In this document: piece by piece, positions 20,763 to 29,635 of the stretch
Layout of the letters: every line of letters starts with the position of its first letter
Position numbering within the stretch: the first letter of the stretch is position 1
Assembly: GCA_963728205.1 (NCBI GenBank)
Contig: CAVSIV010000001.1
Span: forward strand, 928,001 to 992,000
Length of the DNA: 64,000 nucleotides
Reading direction: 5' to 3'
Source: an uncultured Chloroflexia bacterium
Lineage (GTDB): Bacteria > Chloroflexota > Dehalococcoidia > UBA2979
Translations under genes and position numbers: made by a program
Notes under the pieces: model-generated
What the model was told of the DNA's origin: nothing
The model's database searches: none
Seen by the model: the letters and a program-made list of their open reading frames with translations, nothing else

Positions 20763-21915
20763 ATGGTCTCCACGCTCATCTCCGGCGGCACGCTCGTCGA
20801 CGTCCTGCGCGGGCAGCGCTACCGCGCCGACCTCCTCGTGCGCGACGGCATCGTCGTTGAGCTCGGTGCGGTGTCCCCCGCGGGCGCGGATGCCGCCGAG
20901 GAGCGCTACGACGCCACCGGCCTCTACGTCGCGCCCGGCTTCATCGACATCCATACGCACGTCTTCAACCATGGCCTCTTCCCGACGACCCGCCTCTTCG
21001 CCGATCGCGTCGGCGTCGAGCAGGGCGTCGCCTGCCTGGTCGACGCGGGCTCATCCGGCGCCGTCACCGCCGACGCCTTCCCCGGTGTCGTGATCGAGAC
21101 GCAGCAGACGCCGGTGTTCGCGCTGATCAACATCGGCTCGCCGGGGCTGCCGGCCGTCGGCGGCGGACACTCGTCGCGGCCCGAGCTCGTCTCGCTCGAG
21201 GCGACGGTCGCCGCCGTCGAGCGCCATCGCGAGTGGGTGCGCGGCGTGAAGGTGCAGGCGTCGGCGAGCCACACGGGCGACTTCGGACTGACCGCCGTGC
21301 GGCTGGCGGTGAAGGCGGCGGAGCTCACGGGCGTGCCCCTGATGGCGCACGTCGGCAACGCGCCGCCGGTGCTCGACGACGTGCTCGCGATGCTGCGGCC
21401 CGGCGACATCGTGACGCACGCCTACCACGGCAAGGTCGGCGGCGCGCTCACGTATGGCGGCCGCGCGCTGCCGGCGCTGCGCGACGCCGTCGAGCGCGGC
21501 GTGTTCATCGACATCGGCCACGGCCGCTCGTCGTTCAGCTTCGCGACCGCCGAGCGCGCCTTCGCCGAGGGGCTGCCCGTGCACTCGATCAGCACCGACA
21601 TCCACCGCGGCAACGTCGACCGCTACGTCGTCTCGCAGGCGCGCACGATGACGAAGCTGCTGCTGCTCGGCATGCCGCTGGAGGAGGTGGTGCGCGCGGC
21701 GACCGTGACGCCGGCGCAGGCGCTGCGCCTCGACGCCGACGGCTTCGGCGTGCTCGACGTCGGGCGGCCGGCGCACATCAGCGTCTTCGCGCTGCGCGAC
21801 GATCCCATCGACCTCGAGGATTCGGAGGGCGAGGTACGGACCGCCCCGCAGTGGATTCGATCCGATCTCGGTGTTCGTCCACGGCCGGCGCTTCGATCGC
21901 ACCGCGCCGGTGTAG
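20763..21915 (+). CDS. Amidohydrolase/deacetylase family metallohydrolase (dihydroorotase-like); 1-nt indel near 21856
   Basis: PGFIDIHTH, DAGSSG, MAHVG, VTHAYHG, ISTDIH; removing one base gives WIDPISVFVHGRRFDRTAPV-stop. Confidence 0.85.
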
Positions 21916-21924
21916 GAGGCTCGC

Positions 21925-21999
21925 TTCGACCGGCGCTCGGTGAAGGCGCCGGTATCGGGCTCCGTGCATCACGCGCGCGTTCACCGCGCGCCGCTCGAA
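21925..21999. repeat. Family A palindromic element
   Basis: TTCGACCGGCGC...GCGCCGCTCGAA. Confidence 0.8.
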
Positions 22000-22044
22000 C
22001 GCGGCATGGCGGCCCACTACCCTCGCAGCGAACGGAGCCGCCGG

Positions 22045-23151
22045 ATGGACATCTACGAGCGCATCGGCGTCCCGACCGTGATCAACGCGGCCGGCAAGCT
22101 GACGGCGCTCGGGGGCACCGCGCAGGCGGCCGAGGTCGCGGAGGCGCAGGCCGCCGCCGCGCGCTCGCACGTGGACCTCGCCGGGCTGCGCCGGCGCGCG
22201 GGCGAGCTGGTCGCACAGCACACCGGGGCGGAGGGCGCGTCGGTGACGACCGGCGCCGCCGCGGGGGTGGTGATCGCGATCGCGGCGTGCGTGGCGGGCA
22301 GCGATCCGCGACGCGTGGCGCGGCTGCCCGACTGCGACGGCTGGCCGAACCGCGTGCTCGTCCAGGCCGGTCACTGGGTCAACTTCGGCGCGCCGGTCGA
22401 GCAGATGGTGCGCCTCGGCGGCGGCCGGCCGGAGCTGGTGGGCGACGTCAACAACGTGCCCGAGGAGCGGCTCGAGGCCGCGCTGGGCGACGGCACGCCC
22501 GTGGCGGCGCTGCTCTACGTGCAGTCGCACCACGCGGTGCAGGAGCGAATGGTCTCGCTCGCGCGCTGCCTGGACCTCGCGCACGCCGCGGGCGTGCCGG
22601 TGGTCGTCGACGCCGCCGCGGAGGAGGACCTGCGGCGGTACGTCGCGATGGGCGTGGACCTCGTGGCCTACTCCGGCGGGAAGGCCTTTGGCGGGCCGAC
22701 GGTCGGCTTCGTCGCCGGGCGGCGCGACCTGGTGGAGGCATGCGAGGCGCAAACGCATGGCATCGCGCGGCCGATGAAGGTGGGCAAGGAGCAGATCGCC
22801 GGACTGCTCGTCGCGCTGGAGCGCTATGCGCGCGACGACGAGGCATCGGAGCGCGAGCGCCGCCGCGGCGTGAACGCGATCGTGCAGCGCGCGCTCGCCG
22901 ACGCCGGCGAGGCGGAGCACTTCATTCGCATGGACGAGGCCGGGCGCCCGATCGAGCGCGTGGCGATCCGCGCGCGGGCCGGCGCCTTCGACGTGCGCGA
23001 GCTGGTCGCGTTCCTCGCCGACGGTTCGCCGAGCATCCGCACGCGCAACCATCACCTCGACGACGGGATCGTGCTGATCGACCCCCGCGAGGTGACGGAG
23101 CCGCAGGCGGAGCAGATCGCCGCGCGCCTGCGCGCGTTCTTCAAGAAGTAG
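22045..23151 (+). CDS. SelA-like PLP enzyme, DgaE (D-glucosaminate-6-phosphate ammonia-lyase) family
   Basis: VINAAGKLTALGG, VDAAAEEDL, YSGGKAFGGPT, IARPMKVGKE. Confidence 0.85.
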   Translation: MDIYERIGVPTVINAAGKLTALGGTAQAAEVAEAQAAAARSHVDLAGLRRRAGELVAQHTGAEGASVTTGAAAGVVIAIAACVAGSDPRRVARLPDCDGWPNRVLVQAGHWVNFGAPVEQMVRLGGGRPELVGDVNNVPEERLEAALGDGTPVAALLYVQSHHAVQERMVSLARCLDLAHAAGVPVVVDAAAEEDLRRYVAMGVDLVAYSGGKAFGGPTVGFVAGRRDLVEACEAQTHGIARPMKVGKEQIAGLLVALERYARDDEASERERRRGVNAIVQRALADAGEAEHFIRMDEAGRPIERVAIRARAGAFDVRELVAFLADGSPSIRTRNHHLDDGIVLIDPREVTEPQAEQIAARLRAFFKK

Positions 23152-23171
23152 CGCGGTCGCCCGCGGGCTGC

Positions 23172-23255
23172 TTCGAGCGGCGCCTGGTGACGGCGCTGAG
23201 TCGAGGCGTTTCGCGGATGCCGGGTGCTCAGCGTGTCCATCACGCGCCGCTCGGA
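23172..23255. repeat. Family A element at the 3' end of the erm-like gene
   Basis: Near-identical reverse complement of 24136-24220; contains the methyltransferase stop codon. Confidence 0.9.
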
Positions 23256-24067
23256 CCGCCGTCCGTGCCGTTCGCGCCGCCGACCATCTGCCACGCGCGG
23301 AACACGCCGAGCCACTGGTCGAACGACAGCGCGGTCGGCGCGGCCGCGAGGTCGATGCGCAACTCCCGTGCGAAGCGGGCGATCTGCGCGGGCGTGAACG
23401 GGCGGCGCAGCGCGCCGCGCACCGTGGGCGGGCCGCCGAGCGCCGATGCGATGAAGCGCGCATACGTCGCCTCCTCGGTCGCGCGGAGCAGCGGGCGGTC
23501 GCGGCGCGCGAGCCAGAGCACGGCGCAGTCGACGCGCGGGGGCGGATCGAAGTCGGTGCGGTGCAGTCGCCGCGCGATCTCCACGTGCCAGCGCGGCTTC
23601 AGCAGCAGCGAACGCAGCGTCTCCGGCGCGTACGGTCCCCCGGCGAAGCGCTCGGCGGCCTCGCGCTGCACCACGAGGTACGCGTCGCGCGGCGGTCGCT
23701 CCGCGTCGGTGAGCCGCCGCACAATGCGTGTCGTCGACGCGAACGGCACGTTGCCGACGACGCGGTAGTCGTCGCCCGGAAGCGGCACGTCGAAGAAGTC
23801 GCGCGCGATCACCTCGACGTGTGGCGCGTCTGCGAACGCAAGGCGGAGCGCGGCGGCCAGGCGCGGGTCGAGCTCGACCGCGAGCAGCCGCGCGCAGCGC
23901 GCGGCGAGCGGCCGCGTCAGGGCGCCGGTACCCGCCCCGATCTCGACGACGAGATCGGCGGGCTCGACCGGCGAGCGAGCGATCAGATCAGCGGCGAGGG
24001 CGCCCCTGCGGAGGAAGTGCTGACCGAGATCGGCGCGTCGCGCAGCGCGGCGCCGCACCCCGGACAC
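23240..24067 (-). CDS. rRNA adenine N6-methyltransferase, Erm-like
   Basis: LGQHFL, EIGAGTG, VELD, GNVPF, F.PPPRVD, LSFDQWL; C-terminus looks more like Erm than KsgA (judged by eye). Confidence 0.75.
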   Translation of the reverse strand: MSGVRRRAARRADLGQHFLRRGALAADLIARSPVEPADLVVEIGAGTGALTRPLAARCARLLAVELDPRLAAALRLAFADAPHVEVIARDFFDVPLPGDDYRVVGNVPFASTTRIVRRLTDAERPPRDAYLVVQREAAERFAGGPYAPETLRSLLLKPRWHVEIARRLHRTDFDPPPRVDCAVLWLARRDRPLLRATEEATYARFIASALGGPPTVRGALRRPFTPAQIARFARELRIDLAAAPTALSFDQWLGVFRAWQMVGGANGTDGGPSGA

Positions 24068-24086
24068 GGATGACCATCACAGACAT
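23988..24086 (-). other. Putative leader ORF MSVMVIRVRG... overlapping the erm-like gene out of frame
   Basis: GAGGGAG SD 6 nt before the ATG; TACACT -10 at 24114-24119; RVR motif. Confidence 0.4.
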
Positions 24087-24135
24087 GCGGGGCTCCCTCT
24101 CGGTGCGCGTGGGAGTGTACATGCCCGGAGCGTGC

Positions 24136-24220
24136 TTCGAGCGGCGCGTGATGGACGCCCTGAGCACCCGGCATCCGCGCAACGCCTCGCACTCAGCGCC
24201 TTGACCAGGCGCCGCTCGAA
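24136..24220. repeat. Family A element upstream of the erm-like gene
   Basis: TTCGAGCGGCGC...GCGCCGCTCGAA with GCGTGC/GCACGC extensions. Confidence 0.9.
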
Positions 24221-24229
24221 GCACGCTTC

Positions 24230-24901
24230 CTATGCCCGTGCGGCGGCCACCGCCTCGACCGCCGCGCGGAACCCCGCCTCCAGCCGCGGCCAGTCGCCGG
24301 CGGCGATCGCGTCGCGCGGGAAGAGCGCGCCGCCGATGCTCAGGCACACCGCGCCGGCCTCGACGTACGCGCGCACCTCGGCGGCGTCCGCGCTCACGCC
24401 GCCGCTCGGCATGATCGGTGCGTGCGCGAACGGGCCGAGCAGCGCGCGCACCGCCGCCGGCCCACCCAGCTCGCGCGCCGGGAACAGCTTGAGCAGGTCC
24501 GCGCCGGCCTCCAGCGCCGCGCTCAGCTCGGTCGCTGTCGCGACGCCGGCGGCGTACACCGCGCCGCGTCGCGCGCACAGCCGCGCGACGTCGACGTTGA
24601 GGTTCGGCCCGACGATGAACCGCGCGCCGGCGTTCACGTACTGCGCGGCGGTGGCAGGCTCGGTGACGGTTCCGGCGCCGAGCACGAGCGACGGCAGGTC
24701 GCGCCGCGCCTCCGCCGCGAGCGTGGTGAAGACGTCGACCGCGCTCGGCCCGCGGTTCACGAACTCCAGGACCGTGCAGCCGCCGACGACGGCCGCCCGC
24801 GCGATCGTCGCCGCGGCTGCGGCGTCGTCGACATAGAAGTTCGGCATCACGCCGACGCGGACGATCTCGTTCAGCGTCGCGAGCCGCGGTGGGAGCTTCA
24901 C
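24230..24901 (-). CDS. eda: KDPG/KHG aldolase
   Basis: LEFVNR, LGAGTV, FIVGP, LKLFPA, MPSGGV; GTG start overlaps the upstream stop. Confidence 0.85.
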   Translation of the reverse strand: MKLPPRLATLNEIVRVGVMPNFYVDDAAAAATIARAAVVGGCTVLEFVNRGPSAVDVFTTLAAEARRDLPSLVLGAGTVTEPATAAQYVNAGARFIVGPNLNVDVARLCARRGAVYAAGVATATELSAALEAGADLLKLFPARELGGPAAVRALLGPFAHAPIMPSGGVSADAAEVRAYVEAGAVCLSIGGALFPRDAIAAGDWPRLEAGFRAAVEAVAAARA

Positions 24902-25770
24902 GCGCGTGCCTCCACCGGTACGCGCTCGACCGCGACGCGCTCGAAGCGGTAGCCGTGCTCCACGCGCGACAGCCGCCCGACGGTGAGGATCGGGAAGTGC
25001 CCACCGGAGACGAGCGCGTCCTCGCGGATCGCGCGCTCGGCGAACGCCCGGCGCGACGCCACGGCGCGCGGCGGGTCGAGGTCGAACACCGGCGTCCATT
25101 CCGGGTGCTCGAGGTGCGCCACGTTCGGCGCGGCGTCGCCGGTGAGGAACAGACGCTCGCCCTGCGACTCGATCAGCACCGAGCAGTGCCCGGGCGTGTG
25201 GCCGGGCGTCGGCACGAACGTCATCCCCGTCCGCGGCGAATACTCGCCGTCGAAGGTCTCGAGCAGGCCGGCGTCGCGCACCGGCAGCACGCGCGACCGC
25301 GAGAACCGGTTGCCGGGCGTGTCGGGCGAGCCGGGGTCGTCCAGGTACGCGACGTCCGCCGCGTGCAGGAAGAAGATCGCGTTTGGGAATGTCAGCGGAC
25401 CGCCATCGTCGTGCGTGTTCCAGCCGACGTGGTCGCCGTGGAAGTGCGTGAGCAGGACGGTGTCGACGTCGTGCGGGTCCACGCCGAGCGACGCGAGGCG
25501 GTCGAGCAGCCCCGCGGCACCCTCGTGCCGGCCGCGCGTGCGCTCGCCGTTGCCGGTGTCGATGAGCGTCGTGTGGCCGGCGCCGCGCACGAGAAACGAG
25601 CCGAAGTTCACGGGCAGCGTCGCGCGCGGGTCGACGGCGCCGACGGCCGTCATCCACGCGGCGTCGTCGACGCCGGGAAACCAGTCGGACGGCTGCTGTT
25701 CGCCGACGCCGTCGGACAGCGCCGCGACGTGGAGTGCCCCCAGGCGGAACTGTTCGACGAGCGTACTCAT
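24898..25770 (-). CDS. MBL-fold hydrolase (lactonase-like)
   Basis: THFHGDHVG, TPGHTPGH, GDA, GGHFP. Confidence 0.9.
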   Translation of the reverse strand: MSTLVEQFRLGALHVAALSDGVGEQQPSDWFPGVDDAAWMTAVGAVDPRATLPVNFGSFLVRGAGHTTLIDTGNGERTRGRHEGAAGLLDRLASLGVDPHDVDTVLLTHFHGDHVGWNTHDDGGPLTFPNAIFFLHAADVAYLDDPGSPDTPGNRFSRSRVLPVRDAGLLETFDGEYSPRTGMTFVPTPGHTPGHCSVLIESQGERLFLTGDAAPNVAHLEHPEWTPVFDLDPPRAVASRRAFAERAIREDALVSGGHFPILTVGRLSRVEHGYRFERVAVERVPVEARA

Positions 25771-26036
25771 ACCGCTCCTCCTCTCTCTTTTCGTGTGACG
25801 GCCTGGGCGCCGACTGGCACGGATGCTCGGTGGCAGGCACCAACGGGCGGTGAGATTGACGCCGGTTGTATCACTCACCGCTACCCGCCGAGGGCGCGGG
25901 CGTGATGTGCCGCGGTGAGCATCGCCGAAGTCAGGCACCCGGCCACTCGATCACGGGCACAGAAATGACGTGCGTGTTGACGCGGGAGCCCCCGTGCCTA
26001 CGGTCGCGCTCCCTCGACCCGGCGGAGGGAGGTTCG

Positions 26037-26639
26037 ATGCGCCGCCGGATGCTTCCCGCGCTGGCCGTGTGCGTTGTCGCCCTGGCGCTCGTCGTGCCCG
26101 CTTCGTCGGACGCGGACGGCCCGACCGCCGCCGCGCCGCCGTCGCTCCGGGTGCTCTTGCCCGGCGGCATCGGGATCCTCTTCGCCCCGCTCCCGGTGAA
26201 CATCGTGTTCGTCGGCTACGCGCCCGGCGACGGCGCCCGGGAGATCGACGTCGCCCGACCTCGACAGCATGGGCCGCTGGATGACCATCGGCTACGTGAA
26301 CGAGGCAGCGCCGACGCGCGGGCGGAGGACGCCGCGGTCGTGTCCGCCGACCAGTCCGCGCTGCGCGCGCTGATCGCGTACCAGCAGATGGACTACCAGG
26401 CGGCCGCGTCGTGGGCACAGGACGCGTACGACGGGCTCGTCGCCGCCGCCGGCCGCCTGCACGTGCCGGTCGAGCCCGAGGCGGTGCCGGCCGACGCCAA
26501 GGCGCGCAGCCCGGGGCGATTCTTCGTCGATCCCGTCAACCCGTACACCGGCCTCCGGCGGGAGACGGGGCCGATCGCCTTCGACGCGCCGGCAACGCTC
26601 CCCGACGAGCCGCTCGGCTGGTACTACCCGCGTTCGTAG
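26037..26639 (+). pseudogene. Secreted hypothetical protein, probably internally deleted
   Basis: GGAGG RBS and signal peptide, PVNIVFVGY, then a non-protein-like junction at about 26255-26330 with protein-like text in another frame. Confidence 0.45.
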
Positions 26640-26799
26640 TGCAACCTCACCGCCGCCGGCTCGGCGCGCGCCGTGGCGAATGCCCGAACGAATCGACATC
26701 CTGCCCGTTGGAACTACCAGGCACGGCCGTCCGGCCCTGCAGCCCGACCCGCCGCAGAGTCGGGCGGTGCGTGTCCTCCTGCTTCGATACTCGGGCGCC

Positions 26800-27603
26800 C
26801 TAGGCCAGCACCTGGACCGTCAGCCCGCCGTCGGCGACAAGGGCGGCCCCCGTGACGAACGACGCGTCCGGCGACACCAGGAACGACACGCACGCGGCGA
26901 TCTCGTCCGGCGTGCCGACCCGCCCCAGCGGGTGCATCGCCTCCAGTTCGTCGACGTTCCGCACGTTCGGGTACGCGATGTCGCGCTGCGCCATGCGCTG
27001 CGCGGTGTCCTCGCGGTCGTGGACGCGGATGTGCCCGGGGCAAATGCAGTTGCAGCGGATGCCGTCGCGCGCGTAGTCCAGCGCGATGTTCCGCGTGAGG
27101 TTGATCACGCCGCCCTTCGCCGCGTTGTACGCGGCGGCCGCGCGGTGCGCGGCGAAGCCCTGCACGCTCGCGATGTTCACGATGCGCCCCCCGCGCCCGC
27201 GGTCGAGCATGTGCGGGATCGCGTACTTCGCGCCGTAGAACACCGACGCGAGCGTCGTGTCGATCACGAAGCGCCAGTCGTCGAGCGACAGCTCGTGCAC
27301 GCGGCCGGGCCGCGCGCGGCCGGCGTTGTTCACGAGCACGTCGATGCGCCCCATGCGCTCGACCGCCGTGTCGATCATCGCGTCGACCTGCGCGGGGTCG
27401 GACACGTCCGTGCGCACGAAGAACGCCGCGTGCCCGGCCTCCGTGAGCGCGCGCTCCGCCGCGCGGCCGCTGTCCTCGTCGATCTCCGCCAGCACGACCG
27501 CGTAGCCGTCGGCGGCGAGCCGGCGCGCCGTCGACAGCCCGATGCCGTGCCCGGCGCCGGTGACGACCGCGACCTCTTGCTCGTCGGTGGATGGGTTCGC
27601 CAT
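26800..27603 (-). CDS. SDR family oxidoreductase
   Basis: VTGAGHGIG, NNAG, YNAAK, VADGG. Confidence 0.92.
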   Translation of the reverse strand: MANPSTDEQEVAVVTGAGHGIGLSTARRLAADGYAVVLAEIDEDSGRAAERALTEAGHAAFFVRTDVSDPAQVDAMIDTAVERMGRIDVLVNNAGRARPGRVHELSLDDWRFVIDTTLASVFYGAKYAIPHMLDRGRGGRIVNIASVQGFAAHRAAAAYNAAKGGVINLTRNIALDYARDGIRCNCICPGHIRVHDREDTAQRMAQRDIAYPNVRNVDELEAMHPLGRVGTPDEIAACVSFLVSPDASFVTGAALVADGGLTVQVLA

Positions 27604-27639
27604 GCGTTGCCTCCGTTGCGCTACCGCCGGACCATTCGC

Positions 27640-27722
27640 TTCGAGCGGCGCCCGGTCAAGGTGCTGGGCGGGCACGCTTCGCGCACACAGCGACTCGGCG
27701 CCCCGGCCAGGCGCCGCTCGAA
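27640..27722. repeat. Family A element in a divergent promoter region
   Basis: TTCGAGCGGCGCC...GGCGCCGCTCGAA; extended -10 TGCTACAGT follows at 27732-27740. Confidence 0.85.
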
Positions 27723-27760
27723 GCAGGCTCTTGCTACAGTCGCCGCCGGAGGAGGCGCCC

Positions 27761-29008
27761 GTGCCCGCGTTCCGACCGCTCGAGGGGGTCCGCGTGCTGT
27801 CGATGGAGCAGGCGGCGGCGCTGCCGTTCGCGACGCGCCACCTCGCCGACCTCGGCGCCGAGGTGATCCGCGTGGAGTCGCACCTGCGGCGCGTCGGCCT
27901 CAGCGAGCCCGATCTCTTTCGCAACAAGCGCCGGCTCGGGATCGACCTCGGGGCCGACGGCGGGCCCGCGGTGTTCCTGCGCGTCGCGGCCGGCTGCGAC
28001 GTCGTCGCGCACAACTTCACACCGCGTGTCATGCGCAAGTACGGCATCGACTACGAGGGCGTGCGCACCGTGAACCCCGGGGTGATCTACGTCTCGCTGA
28101 CCGGCTTCGGCACGACCGGTCCGTGGGGCGAGCGGCCGCTCTTCGGTCCCGGCGCCGAGGCCATCTCGGCACAGAACGTGATGATCGGCGAAGCGGGGGC
28201 CTGGCCGGCGCGACCCGGGACCATCGTCTACGCCGACAACACCTGCGGCATGAACGCCGCCTTCGCGATCCTCGCGGCGCTCGACGAACGCGAGCGCACG
28301 GGGCGCGGCCAGCACATCGACATCTCGCTGTACGAGACCGCCGTCAGCCACATCGGCGCGGCGGTCGCGGAGCGCGCGTTCGGCGGGCCGCTGCCGGAGC
28401 GCATCGGCAACGCCGACACGCGGTGGGCGCTGCACGGCGTCTTCGCCGCGGCCGGCGCCGACCGCCACGTCGCGATCGCGGCGACGGACGCGCAGCTCGC
28501 CGTGGTCGCGCGCGCGCTGGGCGTGCCCGCGGCCGACCCGGAGCACGTCGCCGCGGCCGTCGCTGCGCGCGATGCCGAGGCGGTGGCGGACGCGCTGCAG
28601 GCGGCGGGCGTGGCCGCGGCGGCGGTCGCCGACGCGGCGATGCAGGCGGCGGACGCGCACCTGTGGGCGCGCGGATACTTCGGCGTGCTCGGCGACGGCG
28701 ACAACGCACACCCGCACGCCGGCCCCGCGTGGGGCGGCGGCGCGGACGTCGCGATGGTCGCGCCGCACCACCTGGGCGAGGACAACGCGGCCCTGCTGCG
28801 CGCGGCCGGCTACGCGGACGGCGAGATCGCGGCGCTCGCGGCCGCCGGCGTCGTGGGCGCGCTGCCGGCGCCGCCGACGCGCGACCGCGCCGACACGGAG
28901 ACGCGCATCGAGCGCGGCGAGCTGGCGCGCGTCGACGCGGAGCATGACGGCTGGCGCGCCGCGCGCGCGGCCGCCGCGGGCGGCGCAAGCGAAGCGCCCG
29001 CGCGATGA
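27761..29008 (+). CDS. Family III CoA-transferase (CaiB/BaiF), Asp-containing
   Basis: LADLGAEVIRVE, NKR, HNF.P, YADNTCG. Confidence 0.9.
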   Translation: MPAFRPLEGVRVLSMEQAAALPFATRHLADLGAEVIRVESHLRRVGLSEPDLFRNKRRLGIDLGADGGPAVFLRVAAGCDVVAHNFTPRVMRKYGIDYEGVRTVNPGVIYVSLTGFGTTGPWGERPLFGPGAEAISAQNVMIGEAGAWPARPGTIVYADNTCGMNAAFAILAALDERERTGRGQHIDISLYETAVSHIGAAVAERAFGGPLPERIGNADTRWALHGVFAAAGADRHVAIAATDAQLAVVARALGVPAADPEHVAAAVAARDAEAVADALQAAGVAAAAVADAAMQAADAHLWARGYFGVLGDGDNAHPHAGPAWGGGADVAMVAPHHLGEDNAALLRAAGYADGEIAALAAAGVVGALPAPPTRDRADTETRIERGELARVDAEHDGWRAARAAAAGGASEAPAR

Positions 29009-29635
29009 CGCGCGCCCTGCCCGACGCCGCCGCCGTCGCGCGCGAGCTGCTCGCGCACGCGCGCACCGCGTTCGCCCCGCCGGCGCTCGCGTACGCCGGC
29101 GGTGCCACGCGCGCCCGCCGCGAGGCCGCCACGCAGAACACGCTCGCCGCGCAGGGCTACCCCTGCGCGCGCGTGATCGACATCGGCGACGCGGCCACGA
29201 TCGCACAGCGACTTCCACCCGCTCAACATCCTCGTGCAGGGGACGCGCGTGACGGGCGTGCTCGACTGGGGCGGCGTGGCGGTCGCCGACCCGCACTACG
29301 ACGTCGCGTGCACGATCGTCCTCAACCTCTGGGGTCCGGCAGAGATCCCGCGCGTGCTCGCGCGGCCGTTCGCCGCGATGCGCACCGCGCTCAACGCGCA
29401 GTACCGCCGGGCCTACGCGCGGCTGCGGCCGCTCGACGACCACCGGCTCGCCTACTACGAGGCGTTCGCCATCGCCGTCCGCCTGTACGAGGTCGCGGAG
29501 GCGCGGGCGGCGGGCGGGCACAGCGCGTGGGACCAGCCCGGGCTGCCCGACCGGCTCGCGCGCCGTTTCGCGGCGCTCACGGGCGAGGCCGCGGCGCCCG
29601 GGGCCGGTGCAGAGCCGGAGGTGACATGGCTGTGA
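29005..29635 (+). pseudogene. Degraded APH-family phosphotransferase
   Basis: HSDFHPLNILV..VLDW and DVA motifs out of frame with a much shortened N-lobe (shift near 29200). Confidence 0.7.

Noticed and set aside
22045-23151. Selenocysteine synthase selA
   Set aside because: Shorter, with DgaE-type motifs and a sugar-acid context; no selB or tRNA-Sec nearby
20640-23768. 1042-aa ORF suggesting a giant amidohydrolase fusion
   Set aside because: A one-base indel near 21856 bypasses the stop at 21913-21915; the remainder is off-frame over the DgaE-like gene
25771-26030. Riboswitch in the long intergenic region
   Set aside because: Hairpins are present, but I recognise no conserved riboswitch core; an Rfam scan would settle it
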